Both the position numbers and the translations under genes were made by a program. A stretch of 62,462 nt of DNA, the filler included, from Sphacelaria rigidula (lineage: Eukaryota), in the NCBI GenBank assembly GCA_964200075.2. It is 9 parts of 9 records of this genome, joined end to end, with 100 filler letters (N's around TTAATTAATTAA, not from the genome) between each part and the next. Parts side by side here need not be neighbours in the genome. Positions count along the whole stretch, not along the records: positions 20,858 to 27,708 come from CAXNAA020017763.1; positions 27,809 to 34,659 come from CAXNAA020017764.1; positions 34,760 to 41,610 come from CAXNAA020017765.1; 6 more parts are not named here. One strand, 5' to 3'. Each line of letters begins with the position of its first letter. Position 1 is the first letter of the stretch. The notes beneath the pieces were generated by a model. The model was not told the origin of the DNA, did not search any database, and was given only the letters and a program-made list of their open reading frames with translations. Below are positions 24,880 to 37,794 of this stretch, piece by piece.

Positions 24880-25516
24880 GGCCGTTTCTTCCGGTTCGTA
24901 TTTTGTTTGGCTCGTATTTCCACTTTTAGGACATTTGACGAGGTTTTTGACCCCCAAACAGGGAAAATCGCCACCACACTTTGTATCACCCCACCGAGAG
25001 GAGCCTAGCCCACTTTTTCCCGATTCGCTCAGGTCAGAGATTTCGAGAGCGGCCTCTGGACAAAAGTACGAGGAAAACATATTATGTTGCACAGTCTGTA
25101 GGTATTTTCATCTGCCCCACCGAGAGAAGCCTAGCCCACTTTTCCGATTCGCTCGGGTCAGAGATTTCGAGAGCGGCCTCTGGACAAAAATACGAGGAAA
25201 ACATGTATTGCACAGTCTGTAGGTATTTTCATCTGCCCCACCGAGAGGAGCCTCGTCCACTTTTCCGATTCGTTTGGGTGAAAATACCTACGGACTGTGC
25301 AATAAATGTTTTCCTCGTATTTTTGTCCAGAGGCCGCTCTCGAAATGTCTGACCCAAGCGAACCGGAAAAGTGGGCTAGGCTCCTCTCGGTGGGGTGATA
25401 CAAAGTGTCCAAGACGTGTGGTGGCGATTTTCCCTGTTTGGGGGTCAAAAACCTTGTCAAATGTCCTAAAAGTGGAAAATACGAGCCAAACAAAATACGA
25501 ACCGGAAGAAACGGCC
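24880..25516. mobile_element. Foldback-type MITE with long TIRs and GGCC termini
   Basis: GGCCGTTTCTTCCGGTTCGTATTTTGTTTGGCTCG... is mirrored at 25516. Arms are over 200 bp and near-identical, with an internal unit of about 120 bp duplicated. Flanks are TAA and TAC. A degenerate arm copy lies at about 26057-26207. Confidence 0.85.
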
Positions 25517-27708
25517 TACATCTGTGAATGCCCTCACTTGACCCGCGTTCAAAAGTCGTGGCACTTTTGAACAGAACCTCTGTTTGTTAGTTTTTCGACC
25601 GTGGGTGGAGTCACCAATGTCAAACGTGGTGAACTGGTCGGACACAACACAGGCAGTCGGGGCATTTTTTCCCTCCTGCCCGCGCGCACAATTTTTCCAA
25701 AATAGTGGAAGCCAGCTAGAAACGGAAATAAATGCTGTTGGCCCACGAGTATCGTATTGTTTTTTTTTCATCAGCGCTCACACTTTTTTCGATCGAAAAC
25801 GAGTGGCTGAGGGCGTGTCTGCATTATTTTTCGTTCAAGCATTAGCGGTAGAAAAGGGAGACTCCGATCTCACAGGTGGTGGTTCAAGTATCGGGACAGG
25901 TCGTGGTTTCAACTATCGAAATTTATGTTGATGAAATCACGACCTATCAGATCGGAATTCTTGTTTTCCTCCGCACTTTTCCGATCGAGAAATAATGTGC
26001 ACAGACCCGGCCTGAGGACGGATGTTACGGCACACAGATTTTGGGCCCACGGATTGTTCACTTTTGGGACGTTTGACTCCCTTTTTGACCCCAAAACAAG
26101 GAAAATCGCCAACACACGTCTCGGACGCTTTGCATCACCCCACAGGGAGGAAGCCTAGTCTGCTTTTCAGATTCGCTCGGCTCCGAGGTTTCGAGATCGG
26201 CCGCTGAACAATAATTGTGGTGAAGCTCAGAGGCGTTGCAAGATATACTCTGTGCAGGTCTGCTCGGAGACCCTGGATTCCGTGACGCGTTGTAATCGCG
26301 TTTGCTACTGTCATAAGTTAGGGTTGTTCAGCCGCGGCGCCCCATCTAATCAGTTACCGGCTTGCCTTGGTCTCTACCCTGGGCCATCACTACGCTCTGC
26401 TCCTATGGCTGCCCTGCGGCTGTACTGAGTAAGAGAGGCTTGTAGATAAAACATGAGGCTAAGCAAACACGTGAGTTTCTTATCAAGAGTCTGAACATGA
26501 ATGAATCTACTTTGTGATAAATCAAGGAAGGATAGCTAGGTCTGTGTGAGTTTGCCCACGTGGGAGCTTGATGGGCTGGCACCATGGTATCTCCTGGCAC
26601 TCATACTGAGAGACCCCAGCCAGTGCATTAGCTATTCCCTCTTTATGACAATTGGCGTCGACGGTAGGACAGCAACGAAGGTGACGTGCCGGAACAATCC
26701 AAAACTCGTGTACAGATGTCCGTTATCACACTGTGTGAGCACGGTTTGTATTTGTTCAGTAATTTCGTGAAGAAAGATACAACAGTCGCGTACAATCGAT
26801 ACGGAAAAATAAGAGCAGCAGCGTGCCGGCTTGGCAGGAGCTCAGATCAGGAACAGCGGCTGGCGATGAACAACAGTGCGCCTTTGTGCCCTGGTGTTTT
26901 GTACAAACCTGTAGTATAAGGCTTATTCTGTAGAAGGAAAGGGGGCCACAACACCAAATACGCGACCAAGATTGTCCGCCCGGCTCTCGCGGCACTATGC
27001 AGGAGTGCATCTGACGGCCGTCCAAACCGACCCTCGTCTTCATCCCTCCACACACCGCGTAACAGTTGTGTCACCCCGCGACTCAGATCTACACCCGGCA
27101 CTGAACTTGGTCCTCCAGTGCCGAGTATAAGTCTGAGGTGTGGGAAGACCAACCGCCAGTCCCTGAGGCAAAGGCTTCCCTCAGCGACCGCACGCACAGG
27201 TAGCAGCAAGCCTTTTTCAGCTGACCCACGTGTTGCTGATTTGAACCTGACCACATCGGATCATGTAATTGCCAATCAGTTCGATCGGGCTCCTTCCCCG
27301 CGCTTTTTAAAACGTACGGACCTACCTTCGGCCGTTTTTATTAACCCCGCCCCAACATATCTTCGGCTATGCCCCAACAGCCAAACTTGCCTACGGAAAG
27401 CAGCCCACAAGTTCCTAGCTCTGATCCCGCCGCGCCCCTCCGCGACGATGACGATGACGAAGATGAGGATGGGTGGACCACCAAGACCTCCAATTGCCGG
27501 GGTCACAAGAAGAATCATCGTCGCGATGACGATGATAACAATGGCGGGAATTCACGCCGCCGCCATGGCGGTGGAGGATCCTCTTCGGGCGGCTCCGGAT
27601 CAAACCGCCCGCCCCGCCAGCCGAAAGGCAAGCACATCGGAGGCAACTCTTCCGGCTCATCCGCACCGGACCGGTTCCAGGCCGATGCGGATGAGCCGGA
27701 AGAGTTGC

Positions 27709-27808
27709 NNNNNNNNNNNNNNNNNNNNNNNNNNNNNNNNNNNNNNNNNNNNTTAATTAATTAANNNNNNNNNNNNNNNNNNNNNNNNNNNNNNNNNNNN
27801 NNNNNNNN
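27709..27808. other. Artificial contig linker
   Basis: 44N-TTAATTAATTAA-44N. Confidence 0.98.
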
Positions 27809-28002
27809 GTACGTTTTTTGTCCACAAAATCGTACTTTCGCACATACCCTTTGGGGAAACGGAAGGCTATAAATCCCCCGAAATAGTTTTAGGGAGGTCG
27901 GGAGGGATAAGGTGGTCCATATGAAAGTCATGTGTCATGAATGTAGGTCAGGGAAAGCACGACTTTTGAGTTGAACCTCATGTTTTTTCAACCCCATTTT
28001 CG
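27809..28002. mobile_element. Right arm of the foldback MITE family seen intact at 58039-58452
   Basis: Shares CTTTCGCA.ATACCCT.TGGGG, AATAGTTT.AGGGAGGT, TCCATATGAA, GGGAAAGCAC and CAACCCCATTTTC with 58250-58442. Confidence 0.65.
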
Positions 28003-29312
28003 AAAATCGGCTGTTAGATTTGAGTACTGTGCGCAGTACAGTTTTTTCAAAGCTGAACAGAAATATCTCGTCCATCGTCGTACATTTCCACATATACAGT
28101 TGGGCAGTGAGACCATGGCTTGTCCCCAAAATATGGCCGAAGTAGAAGTGAAGCAATCACCGAAATATTCACGTGCAAAGCCAATGTGGAGATAATCTAA
28201 ATTGGTATGGCTAGAAGAATACCAGTGCAACGCCCACTCCGGCTGCCAGCCTGTTTGCACGGCCGTAACGGTAGTGGTGGGACTGTCGGTACCGGGATGT
28301 CGCCTCCAGTAACAGGTACGCCGGCAAGGGCCCGTCGCGCTACCCACTGGTCGCGCGACAGTAGCTTAACCTTCGACCTTCGACCGTTTTGGAGCGGAAA
28401 CGTTCGCCTCCCAACCCCCATACATATAGCAGATCATGAAAGACGCTTGTTTGCTGGGTTTCTTCGAGCGTTACTCCATAACTGGGCGAATATTGATGAT
28501 GAGGCCGGCAGGGTCCATGCACAGTCAGCGTGGTCAACTGACACTGTACCCACTACAATCGTCATCAGACAGCAGGGTGTTGAAAAAACAAAACTCGGCG
28601 CGCGGTGATTATCCACCGTATCGATGCAGATCGAGCCACCCAAACATCAAGCGCTGTATGACCATTGTTTTCGTCACGCTTTCCGGCTGGTTTTGCGGGG
28701 GGGGGCATCGTAGAAAGTGTCCACTCATACATAGATGACATGGGTACAAATTTTGTGTTTGGTATTCTGCTTGAAGTCTACGCCACCTGTCTGACCCCTC
28801 ATGTGCTGCCAGCGTAGCATCACACAGTCTGTAGTGTTGTTATTGAGCGCTACGCAGAGGCATCAGCAGCATGCAGTAAAATGTGTTCCGTGAAGATCGA
28901 TGGCACACTTATACTGCCTCTTGGCGTGGTATCCAGTGAAGACATCCGGCAAACATATATACAACAGAGTGGAATCGAATTTGAGGCTCATCATTTGGGA
29001 GAGTTTCAAGTCGTCATCGAAATTTCGTTCATTTCGTCCAATAGGCTCGGGATAGGCAAGCAGTTTCGGCTATGTAACCCTAACCCAAACGTTTTTATAC
29101 GGCAGCCCATGCATGATGAGCAGTTAAAAAGAAAAAGCACCGTCAGGGTGCGGCATTTTTTTAACAGGACGTGCCTCTAATCGCTGAAGAACACGTAACA
29201 GGGCGATGTCCCCGCCGCGCAACTGCCGCTGACGCAAGTACAGTAGGGCAACCAAAGCTAGCTATGACCGAGTTTGTCTGGCGTACTGCCGCCAGCGTCA
29301 GTAGCTTGCGGC

Positions 29313-31760
29313 AGCTCTTGAGAATCCTTCAGATTGTGTGGAATTAGTTGAAAAAATGGACCTGTTCAAATTCTACAACCGTTGTCAATTTCGGTGTTAC
29401 GGTGGTTACCCAGACGACAGTCAGTAGAGTAGAGCAACGGAAGCTAGTTATGACCGGGTGTGTCTGGCGCATTGCCGCCAGCGTTGCTTGAAAGCGACGA
29501 CACCTTTGCGGTCGGCGGTTGATGGCGTGGGTCTCAACTGCAACGACTAGTGGTTGATCATCGAGCACTCATGCTCCTCGTGGAACATATTCCGCGCCAG
29601 CTTGTAATGAATGACCTCCTCACATTGGAACTATCGAAAGATACCGCGACACACGCGCAGCGGGTGGGTGCTCGAGATTGCAGCATAAAGGCACCCCCAT
29701 ACGCCACGCCAGCAACAGTCTGCACCGAGAAATGTTTTCGCTAGAAACGTGCAACCCCTATCGAAGCGTTGCCCACTGTAGCCTTTGAGTCTGAGGGAGT
29801 ATTTGTAGTTGAGGTCGCTTTTCCACCCTGAATCCTGTATAGGCCTACCTTGTCAACGATGTAGCCTCCGATTCTTGGTAGTGCTACATCCAAACGGTCA
29901 ACCTCTGGAAGAAGCAATCTTTCTCCTAAAACCCAGTCGACAAGTCGATCGAAATGAGGTGCCGGTTCTTTCTCCCGTGGGTGGTACCTCTTCGAGTGAG
30001 CAACGTGTGCCGACGTTTGTTTTACATCGTTGCCCAACTTCACTTTGTATACTACTGGTGATACTTTGGACCAGATAGCGCCACTTGCACGCATTGTTGC
30101 CTAGTTGTTGTGTTTGACGAGACTGTGCATTGCCAGCATAGCGTGAAGGCTTGAGTGTACCCGCTCTGAAACTGACTTGTCTTGAGGTCTGAACGGAGTC
30201 GTGCGGGTTTTCTCAAATTGTAGCGGCGTCTGTAGCTGGTAGACCACTCGATTTTTATACTCCTTGCCTTGATCAGTGTGCAATTTTTCCGGAATACCGA
30301 ATATTGCTCAAACGTTGTCAGCTAGCATCTGTCCCACCGTAACGGTTGACTTGTTTGGATTCCGGGTGAAGAGTGCATAGCATATCAAGATCCATCCCGA
30401 ACATCACGTATTTGTAGGGCAATTCCGCTGGGAATTTCGTTTCGTGTGTATACATTTGTCTATGACTTCTTGTACCCTTGGGTTGGTCCTTTGGGCGATC
30501 TGTCGACTGCTTGTGCACCCGGTTGGAGTGGAAATGGAGCTTCACCTATCGTAACTCACTCTAACTCCTGCAGTGAAAGCGAAACGACTGTCCGGTACTT
30601 ACTGCAGACACTTTCTACGATAGCCCCCCTCTCAAAACCAGCTAAAAGTGTCACGAAAAAAGTGGCCATACAGCGCCTGATGTTTGGCCATACAGCGCCT
30701 GATGCTCGGGTTCAGGCTGCATGAAGCGCCTCATATTGGCGACATTGGCTAGAACGAACCCAAACGTAGGAATTCCCAGCTCTTCGTGGTGCTCGGCGTT
30801 TCCCATTTCAATTTACGTCAAGAGCTTGCCTCCCAAGACCATGCACTTTTCTGGGGGGGCTATCGTAGAAAGTATCTGCACAGAACGAGGATCTCGTCTC
30901 TCTGTTCCCGCGAAAAATGCGGATTGGCAATTTTGAACGACTTTTCTAAATCTTGACGAATGTCGGTGGTTCTTTTTGTTTATTTGTTTTGGACGTATGC
31001 ACTGCGTGTGTTTTACCTTTTCACTGTTCGGACTTCTGATGCAGGTGTAGAGTATCCTAACGAAGCGTTTCGCTCAATACGGATCATACCTGTCTCGATC
31101 ACGACTTGACCGTGTGCAAATCGTTGTACCACGATCAGACGTTTGAAGACTGCTTGTACGTCTAATGATTGAACGCCCTATTCCGTGACTATGCGCGGCT
31201 CGATTAAGGCATTGGTTGTCACTTCAGGAGCTTCATCCCATCCGATATGGAAAGCCATCTCAGTTTCCGGAGGAACATCATATTCTTTTCGAAGATATAC
31301 TAGGACAAGTTGCGCCGCAGCTTTTACTCTAACAGCGGAACATGTGTCATGTCCACTGGGTGTAGAGTTACTTCGCTCGCTCCGTCCCTCATTTGTAGCT
31401 TTGATACTAACATTAGACAATGTCTCAGCTTTCCAGTCTAAAATACCTCCAAATGCTCCCATCAGTGAATTATCGATAAGCCTGTAGTCGGGACCCAAAT
31501 CGCGCAAAACGAATGCTTAAACGGGCAGGGCTTTTCCACCTAATGTGATGTTGAAACGATTGAAACTGACGACTTTTGATGGGTGAATTGTTCGCCTAAG
31601 ATTCAAAGATATGCTTGGGACTGGTTTGATGTCCACCGCGTTCAACGAACGGCACGAACGGTACGAACGGATGAACTTCAGGCTGATGATAGGCAGGTCT
31701 GAAGTGGATCTTTCCTCAAGGCCTGCACAGCACTATCGCTTATTCTAGCGGGTACTTGAA
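29313..31760 (-). mobile_element. Decayed Ty3/Gypsy LTR-retrotransposon pol remnant
   Basis: Integrase core IFGIPEKLHTDQGKEYKNR...KTRTTPFRPQDKSVSERVHSSLHAML (about 30100-30310). Post-integrase PVVYKVKLG...HVAHSKRYH (29741-30094). Protease-adjacent LIDNSLMGAFGGILDWK (31178-31507). Many stops and frameshifts; RT and RNase H are not recognisable. Confidence 0.85.
30603..30880. mobile_element. MITE inserted within the Gypsy remnant
   Basis: TIR TGCAGACACTTTCTACGATAGCCCCC / GGGGGCTATCGTAGAAAGTATCTGCA. A similar right end occurs at about 28697-28722. Confidence 0.65.
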
Positions 31761-32838
31761 CTCCTACCGAAGTCGCATGTATCGTTACAGGTCCCTTCGC
31801 CTGACGCACTAGCGATGGAATGTGGAAAGAGGGATGCTTCGAAGCGTTGACAATTTTGGAGTCCGAGATTGGAATCCACGTCCCAACCGTCAGAAGGTTT
31901 GATTGATGCTTCGGTAGGGGTGCACAAATACGTTATGAAGTTAGAATTGTTACAAGCCCGTGATCTCATGCAAAACACGACCTATGAAAATATGTAAAAG
32001 TACGCCAGGATTACTACTCAATAGTGCTGGGGATATCCCGAATTAATTTGCAAACGGGGATGCCCTGACCCATATTGTTGTGCATCTAGAATCTTCCGGA
32101 GCCCCTGAGCTAGTCAGTATTTCGCGAAAACAGTGTACCCCTACCGTAGCATTGCTCGTTTCGAGGATACCAACTGAGCCACCGGAGGCGACCGCCTCCA
32201 ATGACTGCTGCCGAGATAGCCTTCTCCCGAACCGGCCAAAAACGTGCACGGAGGCGATGATCATATATGCCGTCGGAGCNNNNNNNNNNGGCGAAATTGC
32301 CGCAAACGAGCCCAATAGTGGGATCACGGCCGGTTTGTCGGACGGTATCCGGTGCACGTTTTGCAGGTGGCTTTTGTTTATCTCAAAATACCTCTTTGCA
32401 TGTGGACGAGTATAACGATTGGCAGCTTGTTACGGTGACTGTCTATTGTGAGAAGATGTAGCCCACGGTGGTCGTTCGATGATGATGCATCATTGTTGCA
32501 TCACAACGCTGATTTCCGTCATCTACGATAGTATGACATCTATCTCAAGCTCGAGGTTCACCACATATTTGACAAAAGCCTAGTGCTGAAAATACCGGGA
32601 GCCTCGAGTTTGAGATACCTCGAGTATATCTTCTTGGTTGGGAACCAGGACGAGAAATGGTGCTTATTTCTGCAATGTCGTGAAACTTGTATGCACAATA
32701 CGCAATTGATGTAGCTGGTCAGCACAATCATGATAAGTGCAATATGTAAGACCCCGAAGGCAAAATATCTGTTGAGAGCAATGGAATCAGTCCATCAAGT
32801 CAGAAACAGAAATCCCAAACAATATGAGTACAAATTTG

Positions 32839-34489
32839 CAAGGGCAGGTCGAGTAGAGAATACTCAATACTCTGTATTTTCAAAGAGTCATACTTTTAGT
32901 ACACAATATTTCAGTAAAGTATTTGAGGTCGTACTCAACCTACTCAATTCCTTGAGTAAAGTATTTGAGATCATACTCAATCTACTCAAAGTTTGAGTAG
33001 AGTATCAAGGTCATACTCAAGTGATACTCTATACTCAAGTGTTACTGAGAGTGCTTACTCAATATTCGAGTAGAGTATTTGAGGTCGTACTTCATCTACT
33101 CGAAGGTTTAGTAGAGTATTTGAGGCCATACTAAACCCACTCAGAATTGGAGTAGAGTATTTGGGGGCGTACTCGATCTACTCAAATTCTCAGTGGAGTG
33201 AGGACGTACTCGACCTACTCAAACCTTTGAGTAAAGTATTTGAGGTCATAGTCAATCTACTCCACATTCGAGTAGAGAGTGATGCTGCGATAGGGTCTGC
33301 CCTTTTGCGGCCTGAGAGGAAATCGGTATTTAGGCATGTCGAATCACCTTTGACTCTCTCCACAGTTCTTAGAGACTCAGGGTGGAACATGCATCCATGA
33401 CCCATGAGATTATTCCAGTCTAAGGTTCGGGCGGAAGTCACAATGTTCTCAGATATTGTATTTTCGCAGGTCGGTTTTGGTCCCAAAAGTGCAGACCCTA
33501 TCGCAGCATCACTCTAGAGTGTTTGAAGTCACATCCACGAGTGTTTGAAGTCACATCCAACCTACCCGAAAGTTGGGTAGAGTATCTGAGGCCGGACCAG
33601 ATGTACCGAAAAGCTATAACTTCAACTTCAACTTCAGTATTCAGGTTCGTACGCAAGATATTAAAACTCAGGTAGAGGAAACACCGAGGTATTCCCAGAG
33701 TTGCCCATCCATGATTGATAGTGTTGGATATCATTCCATCAATCAGTTCGATACGATATCGATAAATGTCGGCGAGATTTATCGGCGAGTCGCAGGCAGC
33801 AGGCGAACGAAGCGAGCCGTGAGCACAGCTGACGCGCGAATGCGCTGTAGGCTCCCTGTGCGAACCCCTTCAGCCCCCCCCCCGGCTGGTGAGGGGGCCC
33901 CGCTGGAGGTGCCGCCGGAGGCAGAAAATTGGGGCGTTTTCGCTTCATTTCGCTTCATTTCCCATCAACTTTTACCATATAATAAACCCGCCCAATTTTC
34001 CATGTATGTTGTGCAGGAACACCGAGAGCTGCGGAGAGATTTCGTCCCTTCTTGCTTGCTTGATGCGAAGATCATTTTCTCTCTGCCTCTCTTTGTGAAC
34101 AAGACGCGCGTCCGTGCAATGAAAAACATGTTGTTAAACAGGGCAATGTTCCCGTCACCGCCACTACTGTTCTCTGTCACCGAGGGTCACGGATACTCAC
34201 CATACCCAAGTGATTATCGTTACTCAAGTATTACTGAGAGTGCTTATACAAATTTTGAGTGGAGTATTTGAGGTCGTACTCGATTTACTCAAAGTTTGAG
34301 TAGAGTAGTTGAGGTAGTACTCGATTTACTTGAAGTTTGAGTAGAGTATTTGAGGTCGTACTCGATCTACTCAAAGTTTGAGTAGAGTACTTGAGGCCGT
34401 ACTCGACCTACTCAAAAATTGAGGACAGCAAATATGCGAGTATTTTTCTCGAGTACTCAAAAGTACATACTCTACTCGACCTGCCCTTG
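32839..34489. mobile_element. Non-autonomous hAT-type transposon with about 40-bp subterminal tandem arrays
   Basis: TIR CAAGGGCAGGTCGAGTAGAG / CTCTACTCGACCTGCCCTTG with an 8-bp TSD CAAATTTG (32831-32838 and 34490-34497). Arrays of GAGTAGAGTATTTGAGGTCGTACTCGATCTACTCAAAGTTT lie at about 32910-33275 and 34255-34420. Confidence 0.88.
33277..33514. mobile_element. Nested MITE with GAG...CTC termini and 4-bp TSD (Sola-like)
   Basis: 31-bp TIR GAGTGATGCTGCGATAGGGTCTGC(C/A)CTTTTG; TSD TAGA (33273-33276 and 33515-33518). It interrupts one repeat unit of the host hAT element. Confidence 0.8.
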
Positions 34490-34659
34490 CAAATTTGCCT
34501 CCCCCAACTCTGAGTTCAAGTACCTTGCCTCATCAACCAAGTATCACCTGTAAGATCAAGTGACCTGCCTCAGCTCCTATGTTCTAATAGCAGATTGCCT
34601 GGTTCACGTATACTCGCTTTAATTAACTTTCGTCAGAGTCATCCTACGAAAAGGGGGGG

Positions 34660-34759
34660 NNNNNNNNNNNNNNNNNNNNNNNNNNNNNNNNNNNNNNNNN
34701 NNNTTAATTAATTAANNNNNNNNNNNNNNNNNNNNNNNNNNNNNNNNNNNNNNNNNNNN
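34660..34759. other. Artificial contig linker
   Basis: 44N-TTAATTAATTAA-44N. Confidence 0.98.
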
Positions 34760-35289
34760 GAGCGGTTGATTCTCATTTCAAAATACGTTCTCATTTTTCT
34801 GGCAACCCTGTTAATAGCTCGAGAGATTGGCATCATGCATGTTACTAGCATGTACCCAATTTCTCATGTGCCGGTAGGCATGTCATATTGCTGCACGGCC
34901 CCCCAAAGAACATCGAGGTGCGGAGGGATGTCATCTCTTCTTGTCTGTGGAGCTCATCAATGCAAATGTTGATTTCTCTCTGCCTCTCTTTTTCGACCCG
35001 AGGCGTCTCTGTGCGCTGCAGAACACGTCGTTGAAAAACAGGGCGATGTTCCTGTCGCCGCTACTGTTCTCTAACACACATGCCAGAAAGGTCGGTGCTG
35101 CAGCAGTGAAACATGCAATTGGAACTCGCGGGGGTGTTAATTATCGTTGGTTTCCCCTACATGTGACCCTCTGGGTGCCCGACGACAAGAGCGTGCCACA
35201 CGCCACTTGGGGGGTGTATGAGAGATCGAACACTTATGGAGACCCTCCTGACATGCGGAGTGAAAAAAGATACCTATGGTGGTGACCTA

Positions 35290-35713
35290 ACTGTTGCTAG
35301 CGTGGCACATAGAAGTGCCTCCATGCTGCAATCTGGAGCACACACCCGCTGCGTGAGCACTGCGGTACAGTAGCTTCCCAGAATTCCGCTAAGAGGAGGT
35401 CATACATTACAAGCTGGGACGAGATATGCACTAGGAACAAGAATGCTCCATGATCAACCACTTGTCGTTGCATTTGACACCCACGCCATTAACCGCCTAC
35501 CGCAAAGATCTTGTGGCTTTCAAGCAACGCTGTCGGCAGTACGGCAGGAAAACCCGATCATAGTTCGCTTTCGTTGCTTCGCTGTACTGACTGTCGTCTG
35601 CACAGTAGTCACCATAACAACATGCATGCACAGAATTCCACAACAGCTGTGAAAACTGAGCAGTTCGATTCTCTCAACTTATTCCACACGGATCAAAGGA
35701 CTCTCAAGAGCTG
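35290..35713 (+). mobile_element. Second diverged copy of the 3' segment of the Gypsy family
   Basis: Collinear with the reverse complement of 29313-29722. ORF translations: LHDQPLVVAFDTHAINRLPQR..FQATLSAVRQ versus LDDQPLVVAVETHAINRRPQR..FQATLAAMRQ. Confidence 0.75.
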
Positions 35714-36003
35714 AGGAAAGGTGGTCGCTTTGGGTCCGGTCGAACATGCGAGGATATTGTCGAACAGCAATACCAAACTTTGATGGGATTGGCATGAGGT
35801 AATCAGTACAGAAGTGAACAGAAATCGACAGGTTAACGTTCTTATTGGAAAACAATGCGCATGAATATGTTTGCAGGTGGGAAAACGCGGATTTTCATGG
35901 AGGAGAAACTCTCTCCGCCCCCGTCAGTGTTACATGCGCTTGCAAAACCTCTGTCGTCCTTTAATACCTGGCGGGGGGACGGGGAAGCCACCCTTCCCCA
36001 GCG

Positions 36004-36775
36004 CGTCCAGAACGTGTTTTTGTCAACGTACACTATGCCTAGGAAAACGCATGTACCCCCCTTGTCCGAGGATCTCGTCCGCTTGGGTCGGGGTGAGGTG
36101 CTCGTCCAGAACGTATTTTTGTCGAAATCGGCGCCTGCGGCATCGATTTCAGGTCTGCCAACGCACACTATGCCTAGCGGAATGCATGTACCCCCCTTGT
36201 CCGAGGATCTCGTCCGCTTGGGTCGGGGTTAGTTGGTCGTCCGGAACGTGTTTTTGTCGAAATTAGCGCCTGCGGCATCGATTTCAGATCTGCCAAAGCA
36301 CACTATACCTAGCGGAATGCATGTACCCCCCTTGTCCGAGGGTCTCTTACGCCTTGAGTCGAGGTTAGTAGCTCGTTCAGAACGCGTTTTCATCGAAATC
36401 GGCGCCTGCGGCGTCGATTCTACGTCGTCTGCCAACACACACTATGCCTAATGGAACGTATGTGCGATCAGAATCAGATCTTTGGTAGGGCTCACAGTCC
36501 CGTGTTCGCTTGCACAGAACGCATTTTGTTCAACTCGGCGCCACAGGCACCGATTTGGGGCCCACCAAGGCCGTCCTTTGCCTGAGGAATGTATGTACCG
36601 CCCTTATTGCCCGAGGGTTCTCGGTATGCGTTAGGGATCTACCAAGGCCGTACTTTGTCTAAGGAATGCTATGCAACGCCCTTGCCCGAGGGTTCTCGGC
36701 ATGCGTTGGGTTGGGGTTAGGGTTGAGGATAGGGATACTTGTAAAATGTGTCAACTATGAACATTTGCAACTTAA
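36004..36775 (+). repeat. Minisatellite (unit about 100-135 bp, 4 clear copies plus degenerate ones) ending in a GGGTTAGGG tract
   Basis: Unit CGTCCAGAACGTGTTTTTGTCGAAATCGGCGCCTGCGGCATCGATTTCAGGTCTGCCAACGCACACTATGCCTAGCGGAATGCATGTACCCCCCTTGTCCGAGG. A single homologous unit with GGGTTAGGGTTAG lies at about 23465-23660. Confidence 0.85.
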
Positions 36776-37794
36776 GGTGGGCGAGCCCTTGGACCACGAT
36801 GTGTGCAGTCCATCTCGAAGATACATACTTTTTTCAAGTGAAATTGATGCCGATTCAGAAGATGATCTATACATGTACCCTCAGACAGCGAACGTAGTTC
36901 GTCTTGACCTTGCCAGCATTTTTCAAGCGAAAGTGATGCCGATTCAACAGATGACGTACTTTCGTTGTCCAAGGGTTGCCTCAAAACGTGGGCAAACTGA
37001 AGCTTTACCAGGACAGAATCTGCTTGATTAAATTTGCGGGCGCAGTCCATATCACAAGCCAAACTTCCCACAAAGAGATTAGGATAACCCGAAGTGAATT
37101 GAACGAAGCCGGAATGTGCCCGAGCGTTCAAAGTCGGCACTGCCCCAAAATTGAGGACCTCTCCAGAATCTGACGGAGGGCTGAAACATGGGACATGCCC
37201 TGTTTCGCTACTACTATACCGCAACAGACACACTTGAGCCCTTCTCATATGTTGAAGCGTCGACTGCCTGTACTGTTGTGATGTGTTTAGGCAGTACGAA
37301 GACGGGTTGGATTGTATGCGAGCTACGATTTTGTCGTTGTGTTCGTTTCGGCAGAAAACAATGTTATTCTGCACGTAGTGCTTGCTGCACACTGTTGGAA
37401 ACTTCATGGGCGTATTGGCTGTTTCGTCTTCCGTAAGACTAAGAGCCCACCCCAGCACGCAGCTCAGTCGGTGAACCCTGCCACAAAATTAGATGCCTAA
37501 GTTTTCGCCAACAAGAAGAAACGCCAAAAGTGTGGTGGTGTCGGTTCAGGCACACGTTTCACTGCAGTAACGTTGATGTGTGGCGGCCACGACTGCTGCA
37601 GTTCGTGTTTCTGTCTTGTTATATTCGCAATGACGTCAAACGTGGGGTGGCACCTCGAGGGTGTGTGCTTCCGCAGAAGTACAGCAACAGCAGCAGCTGG
37701 ACACCGTTAATTTTGCAACAAGAGAAAGCAGCTGATGCATACTGTATAAAGTCCGCGTTCAGGTTCTAGAAAACATTGCAGAATTGTGTTGTGT

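Noticed and set aside
27643-27708. Perfect 23-bp inverted repeat ending exactly at the contig end
   Set aside because: A fold-back at a contig terminus is most simply a library or assembly artefact. The surrounding low-complexity ORF (27369-27708) could not be assigned.
33573-34271. 232-aa ORF inside the hAT element as a transposase
   Set aside because: It has no BED finger, DDE or hAT dimerisation motifs, and it runs across repeat fragments also found at about 34970-35070.
32910-34420. About 40-bp partly palindromic repeats resembling a CRISPR array
   Set aside because: Units are head-to-tail without unique spacers, sit inside TIR/TSD-bounded hAT ends, and there are no cas genes in this intron-containing context.
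29313-35713. Long inverted repeat or LTR pair formed by 29313-29722 and 35290-35713
   Set aside because: The copies are on different contigs, so their relative orientation and distance are meaningless.
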